64,000 nt of DNA, from NCBI GenBank assembly GCA_016187495.1, contig JACPJP010000012.1, positions 17,031-81,030 of the forward strand. Reading direction: 5' to 3'. Both the position numbers and the translations under genes were made by a program. Numbering within the stretch: the stretch's first letter is position 1; every line of letters starts with the position of its first letter. The stretch is from Candidatus Woesearchaeota archaeon. GTDB taxonomy: Archaea; Nanobdellota; Nanobdellia; Woesearchaeales; GW2011-AR4. Under the pieces are notes generated by a model. The model was not told the DNA's origin. It saw nothing but the letters and a program-made list of their open reading frames with translations, and made no database searches. This document shows positions 9,328-18,788 of the stretch, one piece after another.

Positions 9328-10041
9328 ATGGAAAAGCTACCTACTGGCAGCAGAATACTGGACAATTTACTCGATGGAGGCTATGAAAATGATATAGTCA
9401 CTACAATTTATGGTCCTGCCGGCAGTGGAAAGACAAATTTGTGCCTTCTTTGCGCTATGAATACAGCAAGGGGAAGAAAAAAAGTTATATATATTGACAC
9501 TGAAAACAATTTTTCAATTGAGAGGTTTAAGCAGATTTGCGAGTCTATAAGCCAAAATTATGCCAAATTGCTTAATAACATTGTTTTTTTAAGGCCTGCG
9601 ACTTTTGACGAGCAAAAAAAGACATTTGAGAAGCTGAAGGATATAGTAAATGACAAAATAGGATTGATTATATTTGATTCTGTTGCAATGCTTTATCGCT
9701 TGGAGATTGGAAAAAATGAGGATGTCTATGAAGTAAACAAAGCTTTGGGGATGCAGCTTGCTTACTTGAAAGAAATAGCCTCAAAAAAGCACATTCCTAT
9801 CTTAATAACCAACCAGGTCTATGCGGATTTCGAGAATAAGGACAAGGTAAATATTGTTGGAGGGGATTTATTGAAATACAGCAGCAAATGCTTATTGGAA
9901 TTGCAAATAACCCCTTCTGGAAACAGGCGCTGCATAATTAAAAAACACAGGCATTTGCCAGAAAACAGTGAGATAACATTCAAGATTGTTGAAGGAGGCA
10001 TTATAGGCACAAAGGAAGGGAAAGGGTTTAGGCTGTTCTAA
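9328..10041 (+). CDS. radB: DNA repair protein RadB
   Basis: 237-aa RecA fold lacking the RadA N-terminal domain; GPAGSGKT, YIDTE, ITNQV and a basic KHRH patch. Confidence 0.92.
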   Translation: MEKLPTGSRILDNLLDGGYENDIVTTIYGPAGSGKTNLCLLCAMNTARGRKKVIYIDTENNFSIERFKQICESISQNYAKLLNNIVFLRPATFDEQKKTFEKLKDIVNDKIGLIIFDSVAMLYRLEIGKNEDVYEVNKALGMQLAYLKEIASKKHIPILITNQVYADFENKDKVNIVGGDLLKYSSKCLLELQITPSGNRRCIIKKHRHLPENSEITFKIVEGGIIGTKEGKGFRLF

Positions 10042-10166
10042 ACCATATATAACCTATTATGAATTATACACCGTTTTTCACTCCCCATCAGCATAATAAA
10101 CCGATTTTCCATAATCTTTTTAAAGCAGTATAGCTAACTCAAAGGCAGCGAGGGTGGTTATATAAT

Positions 10167-11669
10167 ATGCCAAATGACTATAAAATAGACAAGGAAGCAA
10201 TAAAAACCCAGCATGCTAAGGGCAAGTTAACGGCAAGGGAAAGATTGGAAGTTCTATTGGATAAAGGCTCTTTTACAGAGGTTAATGCAGACATGGAGCT
10301 TACAAGCACTAATTTTGACCTGCAGCAAAAGAAAGTGCCTGGAGATGGCGTCATAACAGGCTACGGAAGGATAAATGGAAAGTCAGTATGCGTATTTGCC
10401 CAGGATTTTATCTTCATGGGCGGCTCTATGGGAGAATCTCATAATAAAAAAATAGTTTCTATACAGGAACATGCATTAAAAATTGGCTGTCCAATAGTAG
10501 GATTATTTGATAGCGGTGGAGCAAGAATCCAGGAAGGCGTTAATTCCCTTGATTCTGGGGGCAGAATATTCAAGAACAACACTTTGGCCTCTGGAGTTAT
10601 ACCTCAAATTTCTGTTATTTTGGGGCCATGTGCTGGTATTGCAGTGTACAGCCCAGCTTTAACTGATTTTATTTTCATGACAAAAAAAATCAGCTATATG
10701 TTCATTACAGGTCCTGACGTGATTAAGACAATAACTGGCGAAAATATTGATTTTGAGGGATTAGGCGGGGCAATGCCCCATAATGAAAAGAGTGGTGTTG
10801 CAAGCTTCATAGAGGAAAGTGAAAAATCATGCTTTGAAACGCTAAAATTATTGCTAAGCTATTTGCCGCAAAACAATATGGAAAATCCTCCTTATATAAA
10901 CACAAATGACCGCCCAAACAGGTTAAACAACCTGAAAAATATTGTCCCTAAGGAAGACAAGAAAACCTATGATGTAAAAAATGTGATAGAGGAAATAGCC
11001 GATAAAAACACCTTCCTTGAAATCCAGCCATTATACGCGCAAAATGCAGTCATAGGATTAGCAAGATTAAATAGCTATACGGTCGGCATAGTGGCAAACC
11101 AGCCAAAAATACTTGCTGGCTGCCTCGACATAAACAGCTCTGATAAGATTGCAAAATTTGTAAGGTTTTGTGATGCCTTCAACATACCAATAATAAACCT
11201 TGTTGATGTTACAGGCTATCTTCCTGGCGTAAACCAAGAGCATAACGGAATAATAAGGCACGGGGCAAAAATACTTTATGCTTACTCTGAAGCTACTGTC
11301 CCAAAAATAAGCCTGGTAATGAGAAAAGCTTACGGTGGAGCTTACATTGCTTTAGCTTCCAAAGAAATGGGCTATGACAAAGTGATTGCATGGCCTTCTT
11401 CAGAGATAGCAGTCATGGGCGCTGAGCAAGCAGTCAATATAATACATAGGAAAGAGCTTGCAGGTAAAAATTCTGAAAGAATAAAGCAGCAAAAAATAAA
11501 TGAATACAAAGAGAAATTCATGAATCCCTATGAGGCAGCGAAACACGGAAAAGTGGATATAATAACAGAGCCGAAAAACACAAGAAAGGCCTTAATCAGT
11601 TGTTTAGAGATGCTATTAAGCAAAAGGGAGAGAAGGCCTGCAAAAAAGCATGGCAATATTCCATTATAA
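10167..11669 (+). CDS. Acyl-CoA carboxylase carboxyltransferase subunit (PccB/MmdA/AccD-like)
   Basis: KGKLTARERL, DSGGARIQEG, FCDAFNIP, RKAYGGAY and KKHGNIPL motifs. Confidence 0.95.
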   Translation: MPNDYKIDKEAIKTQHAKGKLTARERLEVLLDKGSFTEVNADMELTSTNFDLQQKKVPGDGVITGYGRINGKSVCVFAQDFIFMGGSMGESHNKKIVSIQEHALKIGCPIVGLFDSGGARIQEGVNSLDSGGRIFKNNTLASGVIPQISVILGPCAGIAVYSPALTDFIFMTKKISYMFITGPDVIKTITGENIDFEGLGGAMPHNEKSGVASFIEESEKSCFETLKLLLSYLPQNNMENPPYINTNDRPNRLNNLKNIVPKEDKKTYDVKNVIEEIADKNTFLEIQPLYAQNAVIGLARLNSYTVGIVANQPKILAGCLDINSSDKIAKFVRFCDAFNIPIINLVDVTGYLPGVNQEHNGIIRHGAKILYAYSEATVPKISLVMRKAYGGAYIALASKEMGYDKVIAWPSSEIAVMGAEQAVNIIHRKELAGKNSERIKQQKINEYKEKFMNPYEAAKHGKVDIITEPKNTRKALISCLEMLLSKRERRPAKKHGNIPL

Positions 11670-11699
11670 GTGATAGGCATTACAAGTTTAATGAATAGA

Positions 11700-11766
11700 T
11701 AGGCGAGGCAAAAATTCGATGGCAGAAGAATTTTTGCCGAGCAGTAAAATTTGTCGCGAAGCGACG
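11700..11766. repeat. Dispersed structured repeat, copy 1
   Basis: taggcgaggcaaaaatt..ggcag..aatttttgccgagcagtaaaatt matches 25679-25729. It contains a GGCAAAAATT/AATTTTTGCC stem and a GTCGC-GAA-GCGAC hairpin. Confidence 0.75.
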
Positions 11767-11801
11767 GAATAAAAATCAACTTACTCAAAATTTTATCACA
11801 A

Positions 11802-12191
11802 ATGGAAGATATAACCATTAAAGTCGATGGCAAAGAATATGATGTCAAGGTTGAGGAAACAGAAGACGGAAAAATACTTGTTCATTGCAACGGGGATGTT
11901 TATGAGGTAGAAAGCCCTTATGACAAGAAGGCTGCTATCTTCAGCCGAGCAAAAAAAGAGGAGATAGAGCAAAAAGGAAAAGCTGCTGTTACCGCTCCAT
12001 TGCCGGGAATAATATATGACATAAAAGTTAAAAAGAGGGATAAGGTAAAAGAAGGCCAGTCTTTAATCAAGCTCATAGCAATGAAGATGGAAAATGACAT
12101 TGTTGCTCCTCGCTCAGGTACAGTAAAGGAGATAAAGGCAAAAAAGAATGCTCAGGTAAACAAGGATGATATTTTGATTGTCATAGAATAA
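11802..12191 (+). CDS. Biotin carboxyl carrier protein
   Basis: VTAPLPG..AMKM biotinyl-lysine motif. ATG 11802 is preferred over the TTG 11751 that lies inside the repeat. Confidence 0.92.
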   Translation: MEDITIKVDGKEYDVKVEETEDGKILVHCNGDVYEVESPYDKKAAIFSRAKKEEIEQKGKAAVTAPLPGIIYDIKVKKRDKVKEGQSLIKLIAMKMENDIVAPRSGTVKEIKAKKNAQVNKDDILIVIE

Positions 12192-12221
12192 ATGTAGCAA
12201 ATATAGAACAAAGGTGGCAAC

Positions 12222-12851
12222 ATGGCAAAAAAAACAACAAGAAAATCCGGGAAAAAAACCATCAAATCAGATAAAAAATCTGAAAGTATTGCTGAAACAA
12301 AAAACATTGAGAAAGCAAATAACTTAAAGCCTTTGGTTTTTGCAGCGTTGTTTGCAGCTTTGACTGCAGCAGTCTCTCCATTAAAGATACCTTTAGGATT
12401 TACACCAGTCCCAATTACATTGCAAACCTTAGTCGTGTTAATGTCAGGCGCAATGCTTGGCCCTATTTATGGAGCTTTAGCCATGATTTTATATGTAGTT
12501 GTCGGAACTTTAGGGCTTCCAGTATTTGCCGGCGGTGGTTCAGGAATAGGAGCAGTTCTAGGCCCAACCGGAGGTTATCTAATAAGCTATTTCATAGCGG
12601 CATTTGCTATAGGAAAAACGTTGCAATTGAGAAAGCGGCCAAAATACCTGGATTATGTAGTCGCAATGATAATAGGCACAATAATAATCTATGTGCTGGG
12701 AGCTGGCTGGGCATTAGTAGTTGTTCCGAACCTTACATTCTTAACAGTTATGGTAGGATGGGTATTACCTTTCATAATAGGCGACACGATAAAGCTGTTG
12801 ATAGCTGCTTATATAGCAAAAACGGCAAATATCAAAAGATACCTGAAATGA
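12222..12851 (+). CDS. bioY: Biotin ECF transporter S component BioY
   Basis: PVPITLQTL, GLPVFAGG, GPTGGYL and PFIIGDTIK motifs. Confidence 0.95.
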   Translation: MAKKTTRKSGKKTIKSDKKSESIAETKNIEKANNLKPLVFAALFAALTAAVSPLKIPLGFTPVPITLQTLVVLMSGAMLGPIYGALAMILYVVVGTLGLPVFAGGGSGIGAVLGPTGGYLISYFIAAFAIGKTLQLRKRPKYLDYVVAMIIGTIIIYVLGAGWALVVVPNLTFLTVMVGWVLPFIIGDTIKLLIAAYIAKTANIKRYLK

Positions 12852-13606
12852 CTGCAAAAGAACTTTTTTTATTTGACATTTTTTCTTATTCTTGCATGAA
12901 TTGCTTGAGATCATTAGATTATATTAAAAAATTAGACAATAAATATAAGAGATATGGGTTAAAAACAGTTTTAATACATCCTTCTGAATGGGATTTTGAG
13001 AAAGACAGCAATAATATAATCAGAGCAGCAAAAAAATATAGGATAAGGATGCCTATACTCCTCGATAAAAACAAAAAAATTATAAAAAACCTGAAAATAA
13101 ATTTCTGGCCGACTCAGATATTAATTAAGAACAAAAAAACTGTATACAAGCACATTGGAGAAGGGGATTACAAAGCATTGGAAAATAGTATAATCGAGGC
13201 ATTAAAAATCAAAACCAAGAAGATATTTAATAAAGAGCCGAAATACACAAAATTCCCAACAGTCTATGCAGGCAAGAGAAAAAAGGATAAGCTCTCAGAA
13301 CTAAAAGGCAAATTAAAGTGTGGTATCATATACAAAAAAGGGGCTTGGAAGCAGAATAACGAGTCCTTAATTGGAAAAGGCTTGTTGGTAATAAAAACGA
13401 AAGGGAAGGTAGTAAGTATGGTGGCAAGCTCAATTAAGAAAAAACCAGTAAAAATCAATATAATGTTAAATAATAAAACCAGTAAGAATATGATTATTAA
13501 TGAGCCTCAGTTATATGATATCATGAGATTAAAAACCGATAAAACAAACATACTAAATTTAAAAACAAAAAGTGCCATATCGATCTACTCTTTTGCATTC
13601 CAATGA
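12848..13606 (+). CDS. DipZ/TlpA-like thioredoxin domain protein
   Basis: DIFSYSCMNC CxxC, IHPSEWDFEK, NFWP and HIGEGDY resemble the DipZ soluble domain. ATGA-coupled to bioY and ecfA. Confidence 0.75.
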   Translation: MTAKELFLFDIFSYSCMNCLRSLDYIKKLDNKYKRYGLKTVLIHPSEWDFEKDSNNIIRAAKKYRIRMPILLDKNKKIIKNLKINFWPTQILIKNKKTVYKHIGEGDYKALENSIIEALKIKTKKIFNKEPKYTKFPTVYAGKRKKDKLSELKGKLKCGIIYKKGAWKQNNESLIGKGLLVIKTKGKVVSMVASSIKKKPVKINIMLNNKTSKNMIINEPQLYDIMRLKTDKTNILNLKTKSAISIYSFAFQ

Positions 13607-14301
13607 TACAAATAAAAAACCTTGATTTTAAGTACGAAGATGAGCTTATTCTCAAAAATATAAATCTAGAGCTAAAAGATGGCTGCTATACTGCTATAAT
13701 TGGGGCAAACGGCTCAGGGAAAACAACGCTTGCGAAGCACCTTAATGCATTGCTTATGCCAACAAAAGGGTCTGTAACCATTGATGAGATTGATACGAAA
13801 AAGGACCAGATTAGCGTAAGAAAAAAAGTTGGTTTTGTGTTCCAGAATCCTGAAGATCAGTTGGTATATTCGATTGTCGAGGAGGACATTGCATTTGGGC
13901 TGGAAAATCTTGGGATGAGAACAGAAGAAATGAAGACTAAGGTCAATAGTACAATTAAAGGGTTAGACATCGAATACCTTGCAAAGAAGAATGTAAACAT
14001 ACTCTCTGCTGGGCAGAAACAGCTAACTGCTTTGGCTGGAATCCTTGCAATGAGCCCGAAATACATCGTCTTTGACGAACCAACCACGTTATTGGACAAC
14101 AAAAACAAGAAAAATATAATGGATGTAGTAAACACGTTAAACAAGGAAAATAAAATTGGAATTATATTGGTGACTAATCTCCTAAATGATATAAAATATG
14201 CCAAAAATGTCATTGTAATCTGCAATGGAAGAATAATATTCAACGATAAAAAATCAAAATTGAATAACAAAATACTGAAAAAGGCTGGTTTGGATGCTTA
14301 A
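13603..14301 (+). CDS. ecfA: ECF transporter ATPase (EcfA/BioM)
   Basis: GANGSGKTT, FQNPEDQ, LSAGQKQ and FDEPT motifs. Confidence 0.92.
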   Translation: MIQIKNLDFKYEDELILKNINLELKDGCYTAIIGANGSGKTTLAKHLNALLMPTKGSVTIDEIDTKKDQISVRKKVGFVFQNPEDQLVYSIVEEDIAFGLENLGMRTEEMKTKVNSTIKGLDIEYLAKKNVNILSAGQKQLTALAGILAMSPKYIVFDEPTTLLDNKNKKNIMDVVNTLNKENKIGIILVTNLLNDIKYAKNVIVICNGRIIFNDKKSKLNNKILKKAGLDA

Positions 14302-15019
14302 GAAGCTGACTTTTGGGCAATATGCGCACAAAGATTCCATAACGCACAAATTAGACCCAAGAATAAAGATTCTTGCCGTTATTTTGCTGAGCGCAACGGC
14401 ATTTTTACTGGAAACTTACTATAAGTTTGCTATATTCTCATTATTTGTTTTTTTATTAATAATGCTGTCAAAAATAAATTTCTCTTCGTTGATAAGGAAC
14501 TTAAGGCCTTTCTTTTTTATTTTTGCATTTATACTAATGATGTATATTTTGTTCTCTAGAAATGAGCTTGACAAAGGCATACAGGCGATATGGAAATTTG
14601 TTTTGTTAATAATAATAGCCTCGATACTTACATTTACAACTACAATAACTAATTTAGTAACAGGAATAGAAAAGTTATCAGCTCCATTAAAATTAATAAA
14701 AATTAATTCTAGGACAATTGCACTGTTAATAGCTTTGACAATAAGGTTCGTCCCAGCATTATTCCTGTATGCCGAGAGAATAAAAGATGCAAGGCTTGCA
14801 AGATTAGGAAGCTTAAAGAGTCCAAAGCACGTTAAATTATTATTTTTGCCATTGCTTGACAGGATATTCAAAAGCGCATCAACACTAAGCGATGCAATGC
14901 TTGCAAGGAACTACACAGAAAAAAGAATTTCTTATTTCAGTGCCATTGGATTAAAAAATTATGACTATATTTCCTTTACTGTACTGTTGGCGTTTATATT
15001 CTTAGTTCTATTGATGTAG
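14294..15019 (+). CDS. ecfT: ECF transporter T component (EcfT/BioN)
   Basis: HKLDPRIK, IRFVP and two ARG-type motifs (LARLG, MLARNY); several TM helices. Confidence 0.9.
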   Translation: MLKKLTFGQYAHKDSITHKLDPRIKILAVILLSATAFLLETYYKFAIFSLFVFLLIMLSKINFSSLIRNLRPFFFIFAFILMMYILFSRNELDKGIQAIWKFVLLIIIASILTFTTTITNLVTGIEKLSAPLKLIKINSRTIALLIALTIRFVPALFLYAERIKDARLARLGSLKSPKHVKLLFLPLLDRIFKSASTLSDAMLARNYTEKRISYFSAIGLKNYDYISFTVLLAFIFLVLLM

Positions 15020-15066
15020 AAATGAGTTTTTGTATTGGATACCTGTTATATTCTTCCTTAATGAGT

Positions 15067-15300
15067 TTACTTACTCCCTGTTGGAGTCTTCTGCCCGAAC
15101 AAAATTCCAGCTAAAACATTCAAAGCCCATGCCTGCCATACATTTATGCTATGAATACTGCCAAACACAAAGTTCCATAAAATCTTTACTGGAAATGCCA
15201 ATATCAAGCCGACAATGCCGCTTATTAATACAACCAAGGCTATAGTATAACCCATCTCTAGCATCCTTTTCAAAAAAGGCACATCATCTAAAAATCCCAT
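15067..15300 (-). CDS. Small membrane protein, hypothetical
   Basis: 77 aa with two hydrophobic segments; fills the gap between ecfT and the LOG gene. Confidence 0.6.
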   Translation of the reverse strand: MGFLDDVPFLKRMLEMGYTIALVVLISGIVGLILAFPVKILWNFVFGSIHSINVWQAWALNVLAGILFGQKTPTGSK

Positions 15301-15384
15301 GTTAATCAGGAAGAATATAGCATGTTGTTTTTAAAGATTTTGCATTTCAATAACTTTATATATAAAATACTAATGAATTGTATT

Positions 15385-16032
15385 ATGAAACAGAAACTCA
15401 ATTACAGTGCCATAAAGAAGCGCTTTAGGGTTGCTATTTTTGGTTCTGCGCGCATAAAAAGAAATGATGCGAGATACAAGCTCATCTACACACTAGCAAA
15501 GATGCTGGCTAAGGAAGGCATCGATATAGTTACTGGCGGGGGTCCTGGACTGATGGATGCTGCCTCTCGCGGTCATCATGCAGGAAGGCACAAAAAAAAT
15601 CATGCTTACACTTTAGGCCTTACAATACACCTCCCAAAAGAGCAAAAGGAAAGCTACCATCTTGACTTGAAAAAAGATTTCCACAAGTTCTCAAACAGGC
15701 TGGATAATTTTATCCACCTCTCAAATGTTGTTATTGTAGCACCTGGCGGCGTAGGCACCACTTTGGAGCTTATGTATGTCTGGCAGCTTGTGCAGGTAAA
15801 GCATTCCTGCGAAATACCGATAATACTATTCGGGGATGTGTGGGGAGGTTTTGTAAAGTGGATAAAAGGCGGACCCTTAAAAAACGAATTTTTGGAGGAA
15901 GATGACCTTGAGCTGTTATACCATGCAAGAACCTGCACTCAGGCAATGAAGATAATAAATCTTGCATACGAAGAATACAAAAAAGGCAGAAAGAATATAT
16001 GTCTAAACATTGATAAATACAAAGTCAAATGA
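15385..16032 (+). CDS. LOG family nucleotide phosphoribohydrolase
   Basis: IFGSAR, TGGGPGLM and PGGVGTTLE motifs. ATG 15385 is preferred, downstream of a TATA box. Confidence 0.9.
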   Translation: MKQKLNYSAIKKRFRVAIFGSARIKRNDARYKLIYTLAKMLAKEGIDIVTGGGPGLMDAASRGHHAGRHKKNHAYTLGLTIHLPKEQKESYHLDLKKDFHKFSNRLDNFIHLSNVVIVAPGGVGTTLELMYVWQLVQVKHSCEIPIILFGDVWGGFVKWIKGGPLKNEFLEEDDLELLYHARTCTQAMKIINLAYEEYKKGRKNICLNIDKYKVK

Positions 16033-16048
16033 AAAATAATTACAATCC

Positions 16049-16771
16049 CTAAATAACAAATATATCTGCTTCCACTATCTTCTTAATGCTCCCGTCATTT
16101 AATTTCAATATAAGATTGCATTCTTCGTCAACATCAACAGCTTTTCCAGTATAATTCCCGCTAAGCGTCTTTGCTTTTGTCATCTTCCCCAAGGTATGCG
16201 AATATTCTTTCCATATATCAACTATTTTTTTATAATTTTTTTTATTATAATAATCATATAATCTATTGAATTCGTTTATTATTGTTTTTGCTATTTTTTC
16301 TATGTCGTAGTTACTATTGGACTCTATCATTATTGACGTTGAGTTTCTCATAATGGACCTTGGAAATTTCTTCTGATTTACATTTAGCCCTATTCCAACT
16401 AGTGCGTAATTTACATTTGTGCATACATTTTCAGTCAATATTCCACATACTTTTTTATGATTAATTAAGATGTCATTCGGCCATTTTACTTTTGCGTCCA
16501 AACCAGCAATCTTGCGAATAGCTTTTGCAACTGACACTGCAGCAATAAAAGTAAGATACTTTGCTTTATCCAAACCCTTTTCCTTCAAGATTATAGTCAT
16601 ATACAATCCTCCTGGGCTAGAACTCCATTTACGCCCAAATCTTCCCCTACCTTTTTCTTGTTTCTTAGCAACTACAACAAGGTTTGCTTTTCGTTCTTTT
16701 GCAAATTCCCTAGCCTTGTCATTAGTAGAGCTAAGAACATCAAAATTATAAAAAGAAAAGTCAGGTTTCAT
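16049..16771 (-). CDS. birA: Biotin-protein ligase (group I, no HTH)
   Basis: SSTND, QEKGRGRFGRKW, KWPND and KKVCGIL motifs. Confidence 0.95.
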   Translation of the reverse strand: MKPDFSFYNFDVLSSTNDKAREFAKERKANLVVVAKKQEKGRGRFGRKWSSSPGGLYMTIILKEKGLDKAKYLTFIAAVSVAKAIRKIAGLDAKVKWPNDILINHKKVCGILTENVCTNVNYALVGIGLNVNQKKFPRSIMRNSTSIMIESNSNYDIEKIAKTIINEFNRLYDYYNKKNYKKIVDIWKEYSHTLGKMTKAKTLSGNYTGKAVDVDEECNLILKLNDGSIKKIVEADIFVI

Positions 16772-18656
16772 TCTCCATTAATTCCTGTCTTCCGGACAGG
16801 ACCCAAGGGTTTGCTTTATTGTTGCCGTTCTTCTTTTCCATGTATTTAGCAACTGCCGTGCTCACTATAATGACTTTCTTTTCGTTCGTAAGCTCTTGTT
16901 TTTTATGCTCGTAATATTTCTTTACCTCATCCAGTATGTTATTCTTTTCTATAAAGTTAGTAGTGACTCTTCCCCTGTAGAAGTTCTTGTTGTGCAAAAC
17001 AGCTAAATGAAAAGGTATTGTGGTTTTTACTCCGCCAATAATGTATTCGTGCAGTGCTCTCATCATCCTCACTATAGCTTCCTGCCTGTTGCTGCCATGG
17101 CATATTAGTAGTGATAATAATGAGTCATAATCTGGCAAGACTTTATAGCCCTGGTGGCATATGCTGTTTATTCTTATTCCAGGCCCTCCTGGCGGCAAGT
17201 AGCTAGTTATTGTTCCTATGGAAGGGGCAAAGTTATTACTTGGGTCTTCTGCATTTATCCTGCATTCAATTGCCCATCCATCCACTTTGATGTCTTCTTG
17301 CTTAAACGCAAGCTTTGCCCCTGATGCCAGATTTATCTGCTCCTTAACCAGGTCAACACCTGTAACCATCTCAGTAACTCCATGCTCTACCTGTATTCTC
17401 GTATTCATTTCAATGAAATAGAAATTCTTGCTCTTGTCCAAAAGAAATTCGACAGTTCCAGCGCCCTCATATTTTGCAGCCGATACAGCTTTTACCGCAG
17501 CTTCCCCCATCTTTTCCCTCAACTCTTCGTTTAAAGCGGGGCTTGGGCTTTCCTCGACAAGCTTCTGGTGCTTCCTCTGTATGCTGCAGTCTCTTTCCCC
17601 AAGATGGACAACATTTTTGTATTGATCCGCTAATATTTGAAACTCTATATGCCTGGGCTCCTCAACATATTTCTCCATAAATAGCCTTTTATCATTAAAA
17701 GACAGAAATGCTTCTGCCTGTGCGCCTTCATATGCCTTTTCCAGTTCATCAATATCCCTTACGATCCTCATTCCCTTACCCCCACCGCCTGCAGCAGCTT
17801 TCAATATAACCGGAAATCCTATCTTTCTCGCAAACTTAAGTGCCTCTTTTCTGTTCTTCAGGGGCTTTGCAGTTCCCTCTAGTATAGGGACACCTGCCTT
17901 TTTTACAGTCTTTTTTGCTTTTATCTTGTCCCCTAAAAGCCCTATTGTCATGGAAGACGGCCCTATGAACTTGATTTTATTTTTCTCGCATAGCTTTGCA
18001 AATTTCGGGTTTTCCGCAAGAAATCCGTAACCGGGATGTATTCCATCAGCTTTTATCTTTTTTGCAATATTAATGATTTTCTTGATATCAAGGTAGCTTG
18101 CGCTAGGACCTATACAATAAGCCTTGTTGGCAAACTTAACTGCAAGCGTATCCTTATCCTGCCTTGAATAAACCAGGGCAGTTTCTATGCCTAACTCACG
18201 GCATGCTCTAATTACCCTTAAAGCTATTTCCCCCCTATTGGCTATCAAAACCTTGTTAAGCTTCTTTTCTTTTGATAGGACAGTATATTCTTTCTCATTA
18301 AAACTGCCTAACCCTTTTGCGAGCATGCCAATAAAAGATTGTGAGGATCTTGCCTTCACTATTTTCCTTAGCTCAGTTTCATGAATGCTCGGTATTTTCT
18401 TCATAAGATTGAAGGTTATCACATCTCCAAGCTTTGCTAAATTGTCTTTCTTAAAACCTCTTTTTTCAATCTGTATAACATTGCTCTTAATCAACCTGTC
18501 TATTTCCCCATAAACCAGCGGAGCTGCTTTTTTCATCTCGTTAAATGCCTTCTTTAAGGCTTTGTATGAATATTCCGCTGGAATTAAGCCTTTGTTTAGT
18601 ACCGAGACTATGCCATTCTTAATCCTTTTTGAGATGCTGTTTTTTCTCTTTCCCAT
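16761..18656 (-). CDS. accC: Biotin carboxylase with a ~130-aa N-terminal extension and an epsilon-subunit-like C-terminal tail
   Basis: KVLIANRGEIA, HPGYGFLAEN, GGGGKGMR, RDCSIQR, EMNTRIQVEH and RINAED motifs. The core starts near residue 133. Confidence 0.93.
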   Translation of the reverse strand: MGKRKNSISKRIKNGIVSVLNKGLIPAEYSYKALKKAFNEMKKAAPLVYGEIDRLIKSNVIQIEKRGFKKDNLAKLGDVITFNLMKKIPSIHETELRKIVKARSSQSFIGMLAKGLGSFNEKEYTVLSKEKKLNKVLIANRGEIALRVIRACRELGIETALVYSRQDKDTLAVKFANKAYCIGPSASYLDIKKIINIAKKIKADGIHPGYGFLAENPKFAKLCEKNKIKFIGPSSMTIGLLGDKIKAKKTVKKAGVPILEGTAKPLKNRKEALKFARKIGFPVILKAAAGGGGKGMRIVRDIDELEKAYEGAQAEAFLSFNDKRLFMEKYVEEPRHIEFQILADQYKNVVHLGERDCSIQRKHQKLVEESPSPALNEELREKMGEAAVKAVSAAKYEGAGTVEFLLDKSKNFYFIEMNTRIQVEHGVTEMVTGVDLVKEQINLASGAKLAFKQEDIKVDGWAIECRINAEDPSNNFAPSIGTITSYLPPGGPGIRINSICHQGYKVLPDYDSLLSLLICHGSNRQEAIVRMMRALHEYIIGGVKTTIPFHLAVLHNKNFYRGRVTTNFIEKNNILDEVKKYYEHKKQELTNEKKVIIVSTAVAKYMEKKNGNNKANPWVLSGRQELMENET

Positions 18657-18788
18657 AACTCTAATGTATTGATTTTCGGTTTATAAAAGTTACTGAAATC
18701 CTAAAAACCCGCACTAACTTAGCAGCACAAAAAAGAAAGGTATATAAACTAGAATATAGGCATAAGATATACACCCATAAAAAAGAGT

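Noticed and set aside
11751-11801. N-terminal extensions given by the ORF track for BCCP (likewise lpd, fabG, wecB, the LOG gene and the thioredoxin)
   Set aside because: These come from upstream TTG/ATG codons inside repeats, promoters or neighbouring genes. Downstream ATGs match the family starts and gene coupling better.
10167-12191. Na+-pumping methylmalonyl-CoA decarboxylase
   Set aside because: No membrane beta subunit (MmdB/OadB) is in the window, and an ATP-grasp biotin carboxylase is present, indicating a carboxylase.
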